DNA of 64,000 bases from a virus: IMG/VR virus record IMGVR_UViG_3300032307_000622, positions 52,303-116,302 of that record, one strand, 5' to 3'. The position numbers and the translations under genes were made by a program. Under the pieces are notes generated by a model, which saw only the letters and a list, made by a program, of their open reading frames with translations, did no database searches and was not told where the DNA came from. Positions 17,697-27,029 of this stretch are shown in pieces. The stretch's first letter is position 1. Every line of letters starts with the position of its first letter.

Positions 17697-19324
17697 TGTC
17701 AGAACAGCACTACATTAGAGATCTTGGTTTGGCAGAACTTGACGAAGAGGTTAATGCTTTTAAGGATCAAGATCCATTTGCCAAGCACTGGGACAGCCTA
17801 AAGCTATTTTCAGGACTAGACAAGAACTTTAAGCGTAGGTCAGACAGAATCGCAAAGGCAGATGTTTCTGCAATCGGCAACAATGTCGATACGACTAATC
17901 AGAGATATCAGGATAGTGCAAAGACTGTAAGTCGTGGTATTGACGGTGCATACTCAAAAGAAATTAACCCTGGAATCGTATATCGTAACGGATATGGCAT
18001 GTTTGATGTCATTACTCCACCATGGAATCTTTATGAGCTAGCAAACTACTACGACACATCATTTGCCAACCACGCTGCTATTGATGCAAAGGTTGAGAAC
18101 ATTGTTGGCCTTGGATATGAGTTTAAAGAAACTCAAAGAACCCTTATGGCCTTGGAGTCATCTACCAATGAGTCTGCTACAGAAAAAGCACGAAAGAGAA
18201 TAGAACGTGCTAAAGTAGAAATGCGTGAATGGCTAGAGAGCCTAAACGATGATGACTCTTTTATCGTAACAATGGAAAAAGTTTTTACTGACGTTCAAGC
18301 GACTGGAAATGGCTATCTAGAGGTTGGTAGAACTGTCAGTGGCAAAATTGGATACCTTGGTCACATTCCATCAACCACAATGCGTGTCCGCAGATTGCGT
18401 GATGGATTTGTACAAATTATTGGGCAGAAGGTTGTTTATTTTAGAAACTTTGGGGCAAAGAATCAAAACCCACTAACTACTGATCCAAGACCAAACGAGA
18501 TCATTCACTTTAAGCAGTATTCACCACTAAATACTTTTTATGGTGTTCCAGATATCATGTCTGCTATTTCATCACTGCATGGAGATCAGTTGGCATCACA
18601 ATACAACATTGACTACTTTGGAAACAAGGCTGTTCCAAGGTATGTTGTGACACTAAAGGGTGCAAAGCTATCTGAAGAAGCTGAGGATAAGATGTTCAGG
18701 TTCCTACAGACAAGCCTAAAGGGCTCTAGCCACAGAACCTTGTACATTCCATTGCCAGCAGACTCTGACACCAACAAGGTTGAGTTTAAAATGGAACCAA
18801 TTGAAAATGGAGTACAGGAGGCATCGTTTAATGAATACCGCATTCGAAACCGTGACGATATTTTGGTTGCACATCAAGTTCCGCTTTCCAAAATCGGCGG
18901 AGGCGATTCATCAGCTATCGCAGCTGCTTTAGCACAGGATAGGACCTTTAAGGAACAGGTCGCAAGACCAGCACAAAGAAATCTGGAAAAGCTAATCAAT
19001 AAAATTGTTAAGGAGCAGACCGATATTCTAGAGCTCAAGTTTAACGAGCTCACCCTGACTGATGAAATTGCACAGTCTCAAATACTTGAACGCTACGTTA
19101 AGAATCAGATTATGGTTCCTAATGAAGCTAGAACGATTCTTGGATTGCCACAAAGGGCGGACGGAGATGAGCCGCTAGAGCTTAGTGCCAGGGCTGCAGC
19201 TGATGCCAAGGGAAATATGGCTGGATCCAAGACAAGGGATTCTGAAAGGGCAAACAACTCTTCAGATAATACTGCGACCATCTCTGGTCGTAATCCAAAG
19301 GGAGAGGGAAGATCTTCTCAGTAA
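17696..19324 (+). CDS. Portal protein
   Basis: TGNGYLEV, HIPSTTMR, EIIHFK, YGVP, YFGNKAVP, VPNEAR..LGL. Confidence 0.92.
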   Translation: MSEQHYIRDLGLAELDEEVNAFKDQDPFAKHWDSLKLFSGLDKNFKRRSDRIAKADVSAIGNNVDTTNQRYQDSAKTVSRGIDGAYSKEINPGIVYRNGYGMFDVITPPWNLYELANYYDTSFANHAAIDAKVENIVGLGYEFKETQRTLMALESSTNESATEKARKRIERAKVEMREWLESLNDDDSFIVTMEKVFTDVQATGNGYLEVGRTVSGKIGYLGHIPSTTMRVRRLRDGFVQIIGQKVVYFRNFGAKNQNPLTTDPRPNEIIHFKQYSPLNTFYGVPDIMSAISSLHGDQLASQYNIDYFGNKAVPRYVVTLKGAKLSEEAEDKMFRFLQTSLKGSSHRTLYIPLPADSDTNKVEFKMEPIENGVQEASFNEYRIRNRDDILVAHQVPLSKIGGGDSSAIAAALAQDRTFKEQVARPAQRNLEKLINKIVKEQTDILELKFNELTLTDEIAQSQILERYVKNQIMVPNEARTILGLPQRADGDEPLELSARAAADAKGNMAGSKTRDSERANNSSDNTATISGRNPKGEGRSSQ

Positions 19325-19326
19325 TT

Positions 19327-19357
19327 TGTTAATAACTTATTCACATAGTTATTAACA
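19327..19357. repeat. 11-bp perfect inverted repeat with DnaA-box-like 9-mers
   Basis: TGTTAATAACT-TATTCACAT-AGTTATTAACA. Confidence 0.8.
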
Positions 19358-19387
19358 TGTTATAAAAGGAGGTATAATTAAACTACC

Positions 19388-20740
19388 ATGACTATAGCAA
19401 AGGCACAGTGGAATTCTGAGGGCGATCTCGTTCGCCTATCCATGCCATTCTCTAAAGTAGATAAAGAGCGTAGAATCGTCTCTGGATTTGCCACACTTGA
19501 CAATGTGGACAGACAAAAGGATATTGTCACATCTGAAGCTTCTTTGAAGGCCTTCTCAAAATTCCGTGGCAACATTAGAGAAATGCACCAACCACTAGCT
19601 GTTGGTAAAATGGTAGCTTTTAAAGAAGACAAGTACTTTGACCCAGAGTCAAAAAAGTTTTATTCTGGAGTATATGTTTCTGCATATGTTTCAAAGGGTG
19701 CTCAGGATACCTGGGAAAAGGTTCTAGATGGTACCCTGTCTGGTTTTTCTATTGGTGGAAAAATGAATAAGTGGGATGACGCTTATGACGAAAAGATGGA
19801 CTCTACTATTCGAATTATTAAGGAATACGATCTAGTGGAACTATCACTAGTAGACACTCCAGCAAATCAGTTTGCAAATATTTTATCTGTTGAGAAAGTT
19901 GACGGTGTAGATGTGATAAAGGGTGATGGAGTAAATACAGAAATTGAAAATGTTTTCTGGGATCCAGAATCTCAAATTGTTATGCTATCTGAAAAAGAAG
20001 TTGAAATGAGTCCCACTTCTGGAGCCCCAATGCAGAATATAGGTTTCGTTGAGAAAAACGATAACGAAAAAACAGAAATGGTAAAATTCTTAGTTGATAG
20101 TGCTAAAGGCATTAATACAATTGAGATTAAGAAGGAGGCAAGTCCTATGACTGAAGAAAATACTACTGCAGCTGAAGATGCTGCGGTTGAAAAGTCACAA
20201 GAGGTCGCTCCAGAGGCAGAGGCCGTTGCTGAGGATGTTGTAAAGACAGACGAAGCTGAGGTTGCCAAGACAGATGACATGGATGAAGATGACAAAGAGG
20301 AAGAGTCCGAAGATGAAGACATGGACAAGTCCGCAAAGAAGTCTAAGGACATGGAAGAAGACAAGTCATATGATGACAAGAAGTCTGAAACTGTTGATGC
20401 AGCTGAAGAGGTATCTAAGTCAGACGATGCACTTGAAACTGCAGTTGCAGATATCAAGTCAACCGTTACCAAAGCCTTTAGCGATCTAACAGCAGTTGTT
20501 CAAGCTCAGGCTGAGCAGATTGCTGAACTACACAAATCTCTAGCTACAGTAAAGAATGAGGTAACTGCAAGCAAGGATGTGTTTAATGAGTTTGGAAAGA
20601 GGGTTGATGCTGTTGAGGCTGACACCGCTTTCCGTAAGTCTGGTGATCTAGGCGAGATCATTCAGGAAACTCAACCAGAACAGGTTGAGAAATCCCTATG
20701 GGGCGGTCGTTTCCTCAAAACTGCCGATTTATTTAGATAA
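19388..20740 (+). CDS. HK97-type prohead protease fused to an acidic scaffold region
   Basis: EMHQ, SGFSIGG, ELSLVDTPAN; acidic and coiled-coil C-terminal half. Confidence 0.9.
   Translation: MTIAKAQWNSEGDLVRLSMPFSKVDKERRIVSGFATLDNVDRQKDIVTSEASLKAFSKFRGNIREMHQPLAVGKMVAFKEDKYFDPESKKFYSGVYVSAYVSKGAQDTWEKVLDGTLSGFSIGGKMNKWDDAYDEKMDSTIRIIKEYDLVELSLVDTPANQFANILSVEKVDGVDVIKGDGVNTEIENVFWDPESQIVMLSEKEVEMSPTSGAPMQNIGFVEKNDNEKTEMVKFLVDSAKGINTIEIKKEASPMTEENTTAAEDAAVEKSQEVAPEAEAVAEDVVKTDEAEVAKTDDMDEDDKEEESEDEDMDKSAKKSKDMEEDKSYDDKKSETVDAAEEVSKSDDALETAVADIKSTVTKAFSDLTAVVQAQAEQIAELHKSLATVKNEVTASKDVFNEFGKRVDAVEADTAFRKSGDLGEIIQETQPEQVEKSLWGGRFLKTADLFR
20147..20740 (+). CDS. Probable nested in-frame scaffolding protein (internal start)
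   Basis: AAGGAGG at 20132-20138 precedes in-frame ATG 20147 (MTEENTT...). Confidence 0.6.
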   Translation: MTEENTTAAEDAAVEKSQEVAPEAEAVAEDVVKTDEAEVAKTDDMDEDDKEEESEDEDMDKSAKKSKDMEEDKSYDDKKSETVDAAEEVSKSDDALETAVADIKSTVTKAFSDLTAVVQAQAEQIAELHKSLATVKNEVTASKDVFNEFGKRVDAVEADTAFRKSGDLGEIIQETQPEQVEKSLWGGRFLKTADLFR

Positions 20741-20763
20741 AAATCACTTAGGAGGTGACAATT

Positions 20764-21906
20764 ATGTCGGAAGAAATTATTAAGAATCAGCCAGGAGAGT
20801 CTGGCGAGCTAGGAGGCACAGCTCCTGGTCTATATCAAGGACAGGGTGCTTTTGCATCTGGTTCAGACGCAGGTGCTAACATTCCTGGTAACTATACTAA
20901 TGGTGGTGTTGTTAACAACATCCCAAATGCTGAGCTAGGTCTTACATCTGGTCCAAACGCTGTTAACCCTTCAGGTGATGCAGGCAGTGGTATCCTACGC
21001 CCTGAACAGGCACGTCGTTTTATTGACTACGTGTGGGATGCAACAGTTCTCGCCAAGGATGGCCGCCGTGTAACCATGAGAGCCAACACAATGGAGCTTG
21101 AGAAGGTTAACGTTGGAGAGCGTGTAATTCGTGCAGCTGCACAGGCTCTGGGTAACTACGAAAACACTGGTGCTCAGTTCACCAAGGTAGAACTTACAAC
21201 CAAGAAGATTCGTCTTGACTGGGAAGTATCTGCTGAAGCTCTAGAAGACGGAATTGAAGGAGGTGCACTCGAAGACCACCTTGTACGTTTGATGACAAAC
21301 GCATTTGCGAATGACATTGAAGATCTAGCGATCAACGGTACAGGAACTGGAAACGATGCATTCCTTTCAATTATGAACGGATTCGTAAACCAGGCTAAGA
21401 CTGGTGACGCACACGAGTCTGTTGTAACCGTAGCTGACAATGCTTGGACTCCAGAGGTAATGCAAAACATTATCTTGGCAATGCCACGTAAGTACCGTGC
21501 ACTTAAGAACAACCTTAAGTTCTACGCTGGTACTGACGCATTCCAGGGAATCATCAAGCACAACGGTACCCTAGCTGACGCTATTGCTGAAGCATTTGCT
21601 GGAACTCCAGCAGGTACCCCAGCTAACCGTCAGGCTTACCTAGATGGTACTGGACAGACTTTCGGTGGAGCACGTACTACTCGTGTTCTAGGTGTAGATG
21701 TTCAGGAAGTTCCTTACTACCCTGCAGGTTATGTAGACCTTACATTCCCTCAGAACCGTGTATGGGGTTTCCAGCGTGACATCACAGTAAACCGTGAGTA
21801 CAAGCCAAAGAAGGACACCATTGAGTACACCGTATTCGTACGCTTTGGTATCACTTGGGAAGAAGAGGATGCAATTGCATTCGCAGATGCAGGAGCAGAC
21901 AGCTAG
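20764..21906 (+). CDS. Major capsid protein (HK97 fold)
   Basis: GILRPEQARRFID, ALEDGIEG..LEDHL, EDLAINGTG; AGGAGGTGA RBS; position after protease; strongly biased codon usage. Confidence 0.92.
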   Translation: MSEEIIKNQPGESGELGGTAPGLYQGQGAFASGSDAGANIPGNYTNGGVVNNIPNAELGLTSGPNAVNPSGDAGSGILRPEQARRFIDYVWDATVLAKDGRRVTMRANTMELEKVNVGERVIRAAAQALGNYENTGAQFTKVELTTKKIRLDWEVSAEALEDGIEGGALEDHLVRLMTNAFANDIEDLAINGTGTGNDAFLSIMNGFVNQAKTGDAHESVVTVADNAWTPEVMQNIILAMPRKYRALKNNLKFYAGTDAFQGIIKHNGTLADAIAEAFAGTPAGTPANRQAYLDGTGQTFGGARTTRVLGVDVQEVPYYPAGYVDLTFPQNRVWGFQRDITVNREYKPKKDTIEYTVFVRFGITWEEEDAIAFADAGADS

Positions 21907-21926
21907 TCTGTAACTGAATTCCTTTT

Positions 21927-21961
21927 AGGGGGCAGGAGTTTTTTGGCTCCTGCCCTCTTTT
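21927..21961 (+). terminator. Intrinsic terminator after capsid gene
   Basis: AGGGGGCAGGAG-loop-CTCCTGCCCTCT followed by a T-tract. Confidence 0.85.
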
Positions 21962-21996
21962 CAATATCTGTTATAATTATAGTTTAGGAGGTTATT

Positions 21997-22464
21997 ATGT
22001 CTGAAAATACAAATAACGAAGATGTCGTACCAGCAATGCTAGAGCCAGGTGAAGCAGTCATTCCACTAGAATATGCAAAAAAGAATGAAGATGCTATCAA
22101 TAGCCTAGTCGAGAAGTACAAAGAGTCTGTAGAAGTTGCAGAAGCTAAGGAAGCAGAAGAAGATAATATTGTATCTGCTCCAGAGCCAGTAGAAGAAAAG
22201 CCAGCACTTGGCTTTGTGGCAAACGGTGTCATGGGATCAACCACTGTACCAGCTAAGTCTCAAAAGAAAGAGACTGTTGTAAAGAAGAAGGAAAAGAAGG
22301 ATATCACAGCAGTTTACTCCACAAGGAATGTAACCTGGAATGGTGTCGGAAAAGTCTACATTGGATACAACATTGTTACAAAAGAAGCAGCTGACAAGTG
22401 GGCAACTCGTGACCACATCCGCATTGCAACTCCAGAAGAGGTTGCTAGGGAGTACGGCGTATAA
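21997..22464 (+). CDS. Head-region protein of unknown function
   Basis: AGGAGG RBS; C-terminal GYNIV..EAADKW..R.ATPEEV; N-terminal VPAMLEPGEAVIP. Confidence 0.6.
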   Translation: MSENTNNEDVVPAMLEPGEAVIPLEYAKKNEDAINSLVEKYKESVEVAEAKEAEEDNIVSAPEPVEEKPALGFVANGVMGSTTVPAKSQKKETVVKKKEKKDITAVYSTRNVTWNGVGKVYIGYNIVTKEAADKWATRDHIRIATPEEVAREYGV

Positions 22465-23379
22465 ATGGAGATTTTGAGAGTCGCTGAGAATATTAGCTCA
22501 AATGGAATTGGGGTTACGATTCAGGTACCAGGAACACACTCTGAAAGAGAGCATGTTCTGACGATAACTGATCTCAGCGATCTCTCTATCTCTACATCAA
22601 TCATTGACACTTCTGGCGGTAGCCAGCTTACTTTCTATCTTGATCCTAGGTATGATGCATCTTACTCAGTTGATCTATCATTAGAAAATGTATCAATCTT
22701 TTCAGAATCTTATGATTTGATTAGACCATATGTAAATCCAAATAGCATGGGGTCTACTGCATCAGAAATAGCAGAATACAAGAAGTGGGAAATTATAGCT
22801 AGAACCATAATTGACAATTATGCAGAGGGCGTTGATTTCTATAACAAGAAGTCAGTTTATCAAACTAGAGGGTCAAATGCTGACTATATGCCAGTATGGA
22901 AAAATGCCAATTCGGTATTAAAGGTTTACGAAAACAATATTCTAATATATGATATTAATGACCCAGATTCCTATGCAGATGAGTTCCGCATAACTCTAGA
23001 TAAGTCTGCAATATACAGAGTTGAGTCTGGAGAGGCCAACAGAATATCATCTCCAACAATAAAGCTACCAGCTAGCAGCGGAGATATTGCAACTGCTATT
23101 TTTAACTACGGAACTTTCCCAGAACGATATGACTACACCTTTATTCTTGATGAGGGCTTTTCAAGTCTGCCAACAGATATCGTCTACGCTACAGAGATGC
23201 TGATAGATGATCTTAAATGCGGTAAGCTTGACTACTACCAGAGATATGTCACATCTTACAACACTGACCAATTTAGAATTCAATTCGATAAGAGCATGTT
23301 AGAGGGAACAGGAAATATAGTAGTCGATAAGATACTTGACAAGTATGCTAAGCCTATTAAAAAAGTCGGAGTATTGTAA
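22465..23379 (+). CDS. Head-to-tail adaptor
   Basis: Position; ARTIIDNY, LPTDIVYATEMLIDD, TGNIVVDKILDKY. Confidence 0.7.
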   Translation: MEILRVAENISSNGIGVTIQVPGTHSEREHVLTITDLSDLSISTSIIDTSGGSQLTFYLDPRYDASYSVDLSLENVSIFSESYDLIRPYVNPNSMGSTASEIAEYKKWEIIARTIIDNYAEGVDFYNKKSVYQTRGSNADYMPVWKNANSVLKVYENNILIYDINDPDSYADEFRITLDKSAIYRVESGEANRISSPTIKLPASSGDIATAIFNYGTFPERYDYTFILDEGFSSLPTDIVYATEMLIDDLKCGKLDYYQRYVTSYNTDQFRIQFDKSMLEGTGNIVVDKILDKYAKPIKKVGVL

Positions 23380-23828
23380 TGGCTGTTTGCGAAACCCCAG
23401 ACTTCATCTACCCAATGACAATGAATATTTTTTATCCCATAGTTGAGCAAGGCCCCTATGGTAATGTGAAAAGACAATGGATGCACGACAAGACTGCTGT
23501 TTGCAGTTTGTCTTCAGGTAGCGGAACTTCGACAGAAGAAGTTAAGCCAAACATTAATATTACGCAAGATACTATAATTGTTGGAAGAGTTAAAAGCGAC
23601 ATAAGGGTTTCTTCAAAAAAGGAAAACAATAGCATAAATAACATTCTTGTTACAAATATTTGTGATAGATCTGGAAACAGTATTTATAGCGAAACTGCTG
23701 GTCCACGTGCTGGCAAACCAACCCTGTTTGAGGTAGCCTCTAATGAACCAGTTGTCGGACCATTTGGATTAGTAGAGTACTACAAGGTAGTTTTACGCAG
23801 GTCTGAGAATCAGGCGGTAGAGATATGA
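23379..23828 (+). CDS. Head-to-tail stopper/closure protein
   Basis: Position and size; QGPYGNVKRQW; C-terminal LRRSENQ. Confidence 0.6.
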   Translation: MAVCETPDFIYPMTMNIFYPIVEQGPYGNVKRQWMHDKTAVCSLSSGSGTSTEEVKPNINITQDTIIVGRVKSDIRVSSKKENNSINNILVTNICDRSGNSIYSETAGPRAGKPTLFEVASNEPVVGPFGLVEYYKVVLRRSENQAVEI

Positions 23829-24499
23829 AGATGAGAACTGACGATTCGGTTTTTATGAAAGATATGCAGAACATCATTGATTACTCAATAGGCTTTCTAG
23901 ATGGCGTACAAAGAGGAAAGAATAGGTTTTTTGAAAACCTTGGCAAAAAGACTATTGACTCAGTTAAAAACTATGTAGATACTATGGCAAAGGTTGATGA
24001 CCAATTGCTACAGCATGTTTATGAGTGGGGCATGTCTGGAAGTCCAGATGCAAGGCTTTTTGACCTAGACTATTCAATAAGAAATAATGGTCTCTCAATT
24101 GGTTCAACGTTTAAGCAATCTACTTCTGTAAAGGCTGGATCCAATGTTCCTTTTTATGACAAGGCAAGAATTATGGAAGAAGGCATTCCAGTAACAATTC
24201 GTCCAAAAACTGCAAAGACGCTCGTTTTTGATGTAAATGGGGAAACAGTTTTTTCAAAAGGTCCAGTCAACGTTGTTAATCCAGGTGGTATGGCAGCCCA
24301 GGGTGGACTTCAAAAAACACTAGATAGATTCTTTGATGTATACTTTAGTCAAGCCTTCTTGTACTCAAGCGGTATCTCTGACTATCTAAAGAAGCCTAGC
24401 CTCTATAAGAAAAATATTAATGCAGGTAAGCGTGGAGGAAGAGCCACTGGAATATCTACAGGGTATAGATGGATAGCTAACGCAGGAGCAGAAGCATGA
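23825..24499 (+). CDS. Neck/tail completion protein
   Basis: Position; IMEEG.PVTIRPK...LVF...VVNPG. Confidence 0.55.
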   Translation: MKMRTDDSVFMKDMQNIIDYSIGFLDGVQRGKNRFFENLGKKTIDSVKNYVDTMAKVDDQLLQHVYEWGMSGSPDARLFDLDYSIRNNGLSIGSTFKQSTSVKAGSNVPFYDKARIMEEGIPVTIRPKTAKTLVFDVNGETVFSKGPVNVVNPGGMAAQGGLQKTLDRFFDVYFSQAFLYSSGISDYLKKPSLYKKNINAGKRGGRATGISTGYRWIANAGAEA

Positions 24500-25164
24500 G
24501 CATAAGGTCAGCAGAAGAAGTTTCCAATGGTTTAATAAATACTCCAATGCTTTGGATAAATGAGTATTTAAAAGAAAAGCTGGCAAACTTTTTAGAAATT
24601 GGAGTTCCATTTTTTCCACCATCGCCAAACACTATAGATGATCTGACAGAAACATTTGTTAATATTGGTGGTCAAAATTATGGATATGGTGGAATTCGTT
24701 GCACCTATGATAGGCTAACAAGGCTTAGAAGATCTCCAATGCCACATATTAAGGGCGAGCAGCTTTTGTATTACTTCTTTGCAACTTCAGAGGGTGTGAC
24801 AGAAAAAATGGTAGCAGTAACAGAGCTAACCCTGAGACTAATGGATCGTGAAGATGAGACTGCAGAAGAGATTAATAATTGGGCCAAGGGTAAGACATTT
24901 GCTGGACTTTCTCCAAAATTCTACTTTCACAAATTTAGGGTATATCAGCTAGAAGAGGTAGCAGACATCATAGACTTTGGAACAGCCAGAACATATGGTG
25001 GAAACAAGATAATCATTGAATATCAGTATCATTTGGTGCCAGAGCTAAATCCAGAATGGAATGATCCAGATTATCCTAATAATTCTGGAATAAACATAAA
25101 TGGTGGAGAAGGTTTTGATGAGACCAAACCATATGATCCAAATAAGTATCTACCTATATCCTAA
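24496..25164 (+). CDS. Putative tail terminator
   Basis: Position immediately before the major tail gene. Confidence 0.5.
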   Translation: MSIRSAEEVSNGLINTPMLWINEYLKEKLANFLEIGVPFFPPSPNTIDDLTETFVNIGGQNYGYGGIRCTYDRLTRLRRSPMPHIKGEQLLYYFFATSEGVTEKMVAVTELTLRLMDREDETAEEINNWAKGKTFAGLSPKFYFHKFRVYQLEEVADIIDFGTARTYGGNKIIIEYQYHLVPELNPEWNDPDYPNNSGININGGEGFDETKPYDPNKYLPIS

Positions 25165-25229
25165 AAGGCTGGTATACTTAACTTGAGGAAACAACGCCCA
25201 CTAATTCAAAAGAAGAAGAGGTGAATATT

Positions 25230-25874
25230 ATGGCATATACACGTGGTTCAAGTGCTAACATTATTGTTGGTGCTGCAGCACTATTTACTTATGAAGCTGG
25301 AGACCTTTCAGACACAGACCTACCAGCAGTGGTAGACGGCACATCCTTTAAGGATACGCTAAGTACTGATACAGACTTCCGTAACGTAGGTTACACCATG
25401 AATGGTTTGGAGCTTCAGTTCCAGCCAGACTTTGGTGAGGTACAGGTTGACCAGGTTCTTGACGTTGCAAAGCTTTACAAGCAGGGCATGCAGGTTAACC
25501 TAAACACAACCTTCGCAGAAGCAACACTAGAGAATCTACTGTTCGCTCTTGCAGGCCAGGATGATGATCTTGCGAACATCGCATCTGGTCAATGGGCAGC
25601 AGGAAACCCAGCACTAAATCTATCTGCAGGTGACATTGGAGAATGTCCAGTAGAGCGTGGTTTGGTTGCGGTTGGTCCAGGTACAGGTGACTGTGCAATT
25701 GGTGACGAACTAGAGCGTATTTACGTAGCGTATCGTGCACTTTCGATTGAGAGTGTTACAGTTGGTGCAAAGCGTGATGAGGCTACTATGTTTGAGGTTT
25801 CATTCCGTTTGCTACCAAATGACAGTGCTTCGTACGGTAAGATTGTTGACCGTACAATTCCAGCTCAGTCATAA
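25230..25874 (+). CDS. Major tail (tube) protein
   Basis: NIIVGAA.LF, VGYTMNGLEL, V.VDQ..D, TTFAEATLENL; GAGGTGA RBS. Confidence 0.85.
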   Translation: MAYTRGSSANIIVGAAALFTYEAGDLSDTDLPAVVDGTSFKDTLSTDTDFRNVGYTMNGLELQFQPDFGEVQVDQVLDVAKLYKQGMQVNLNTTFAEATLENLLFALAGQDDDLANIASGQWAAGNPALNLSAGDIGECPVERGLVAVGPGTGDCAIGDELERIYVAYRALSIESVTVGAKRDEATMFEVSFRLLPNDSASYGKIVDRTIPAQS

Positions 25875-25888
25875 ACTATAATTTAATA

Positions 25889-25925
25889 GCAAGGCCGTTT
25901 AGCTTTATAGCTAAGCGGCTTTTGC
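25889..25925 (+). terminator. Intrinsic terminator after major tail gene
   Basis: GGCCGTTTAGCT-TTAT-AGCTAAGCGGCT followed by TTT. Confidence 0.8.
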
Positions 25926-25943
25926 ATTTGGTATACTTATTGG

Positions 25944-26627
25944 ATGCCAACAAAGATATACGACTCAGATACCGTCAGCCTAATAGACGGAACTGAGATA
26001 TACGTGACTCCACTTAAGATCAAGTATCTAAAGGAGTTTATGATTAAGTTTGAAGAGGTCAGAAAGGCAACAAACGATGACCAGGCAATAGACAGCTTGG
26101 TTCAGTGCGTTAAGATTGCCATGAAACAATACTGCCCTAGAATAAAGACTATAGAAGATGTGGAAGATTCAATAGATCTTGCCACAATGTATAAAATAAT
26201 AGATGTTGCAGCTGGCATATCTCTAAAAGAGAATTCTGAAAAGCCTATCAAAGATCAGGCAAATGAGGGAGGAAGCTGGGACGAGCTAGATCTTGCAAAA
26301 CTAGAATCTGAAGTATTTTTGCTGGGTATCTGGAAAGACTATGAAGAACTAGAAACATCTCTTTCTATGCCTGAACTAGTTGCAACACTATCCTCAAAAC
26401 GAGAGCTAGACTATCAAAGCAAAAAATTCTTGGCTGCAATCCAGGGCATAGACCTAGATGAGCAATCTGGTAAAAAGGATGCTTGGCAAGAAATGAAGGC
26501 TAGAGTCTTCAGTAGAGGAAAAGCAAAAGATGCAAATGATATAACAGCACTACAAGGCCCAAATGCTCAAAAGGCTGGATTCGGAATTGGCCTAGGCATA
26601 GGCTATGAGGATTTGACTAAAAAATAA
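25944..26627 (+). CDS. Tail assembly chaperone, long in-frame G-T form
   Basis: N-terminal half is paralogous to 26681..27007; C-terminal extension WKDYEELETSLSMPEL; leaderless start. Confidence 0.75.
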   Translation: MPTKIYDSDTVSLIDGTEIYVTPLKIKYLKEFMIKFEEVRKATNDDQAIDSLVQCVKIAMKQYCPRIKTIEDVEDSIDLATMYKIIDVAAGISLKENSEKPIKDQANEGGSWDELDLAKLESEVFLLGIWKDYEELETSLSMPELVATLSSKRELDYQSKKFLAAIQGIDLDEQSGKKDAWQEMKARVFSRGKAKDANDITALQGPNAQKAGFGIGLGIGYEDLTKK

Positions 26628-26680
26628 GGCCTCCGTGTGTTATAATTGATTGACCCAAAATGGTTATATGAGAGGAAAAA

Positions 26681-27007
26681 ATGTCTACAACAATTAATGA
26701 GGAAAAGAAAGTCCTACTTATTGATGGCACAGAGATTAGCGTTCGTCCACTAAAGATTTCGCTACTTCGTGACTTCATGAAGAAGTTTGACGATATTTCA
26801 AAGGTTGCTGATGACAACAATAAATCCATGGATATCCTGATGCAGTGTGCTCAAATTGCTATGAAGCAGTACAAGCCAGAAATTGCTGAAGATATCAAGA
26901 AGCTAGAGGACCTTCTAGACCTGCCTACAGTTTACGTAATTGTAGAAGCAGCATCTGGTATCAATCTTGGCGGAACAGGGATTGTTGGAACTACAGCAGC
27001 AAATTAA
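26681..27007 (+). CDS. Tail assembly chaperone, short G form
   Basis: LIDGTEI...PLKI..L..FM.KF...QC..IAMKQY.P...DL.T.Y.I...A.GI.L shared with 25944; directly precedes the tape measure gene. Confidence 0.8.
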   Translation: MSTTINEEKKVLLIDGTEISVRPLKISLLRDFMKKFDDISKVADDNNKSMDILMQCAQIAMKQYKPEIAEDIKKLEDLLDLPTVYVIVEAASGINLGGTGIVGTTAAN

Positions 27008-27029
27008 CAACGAATAGAGGTGCGAATGA

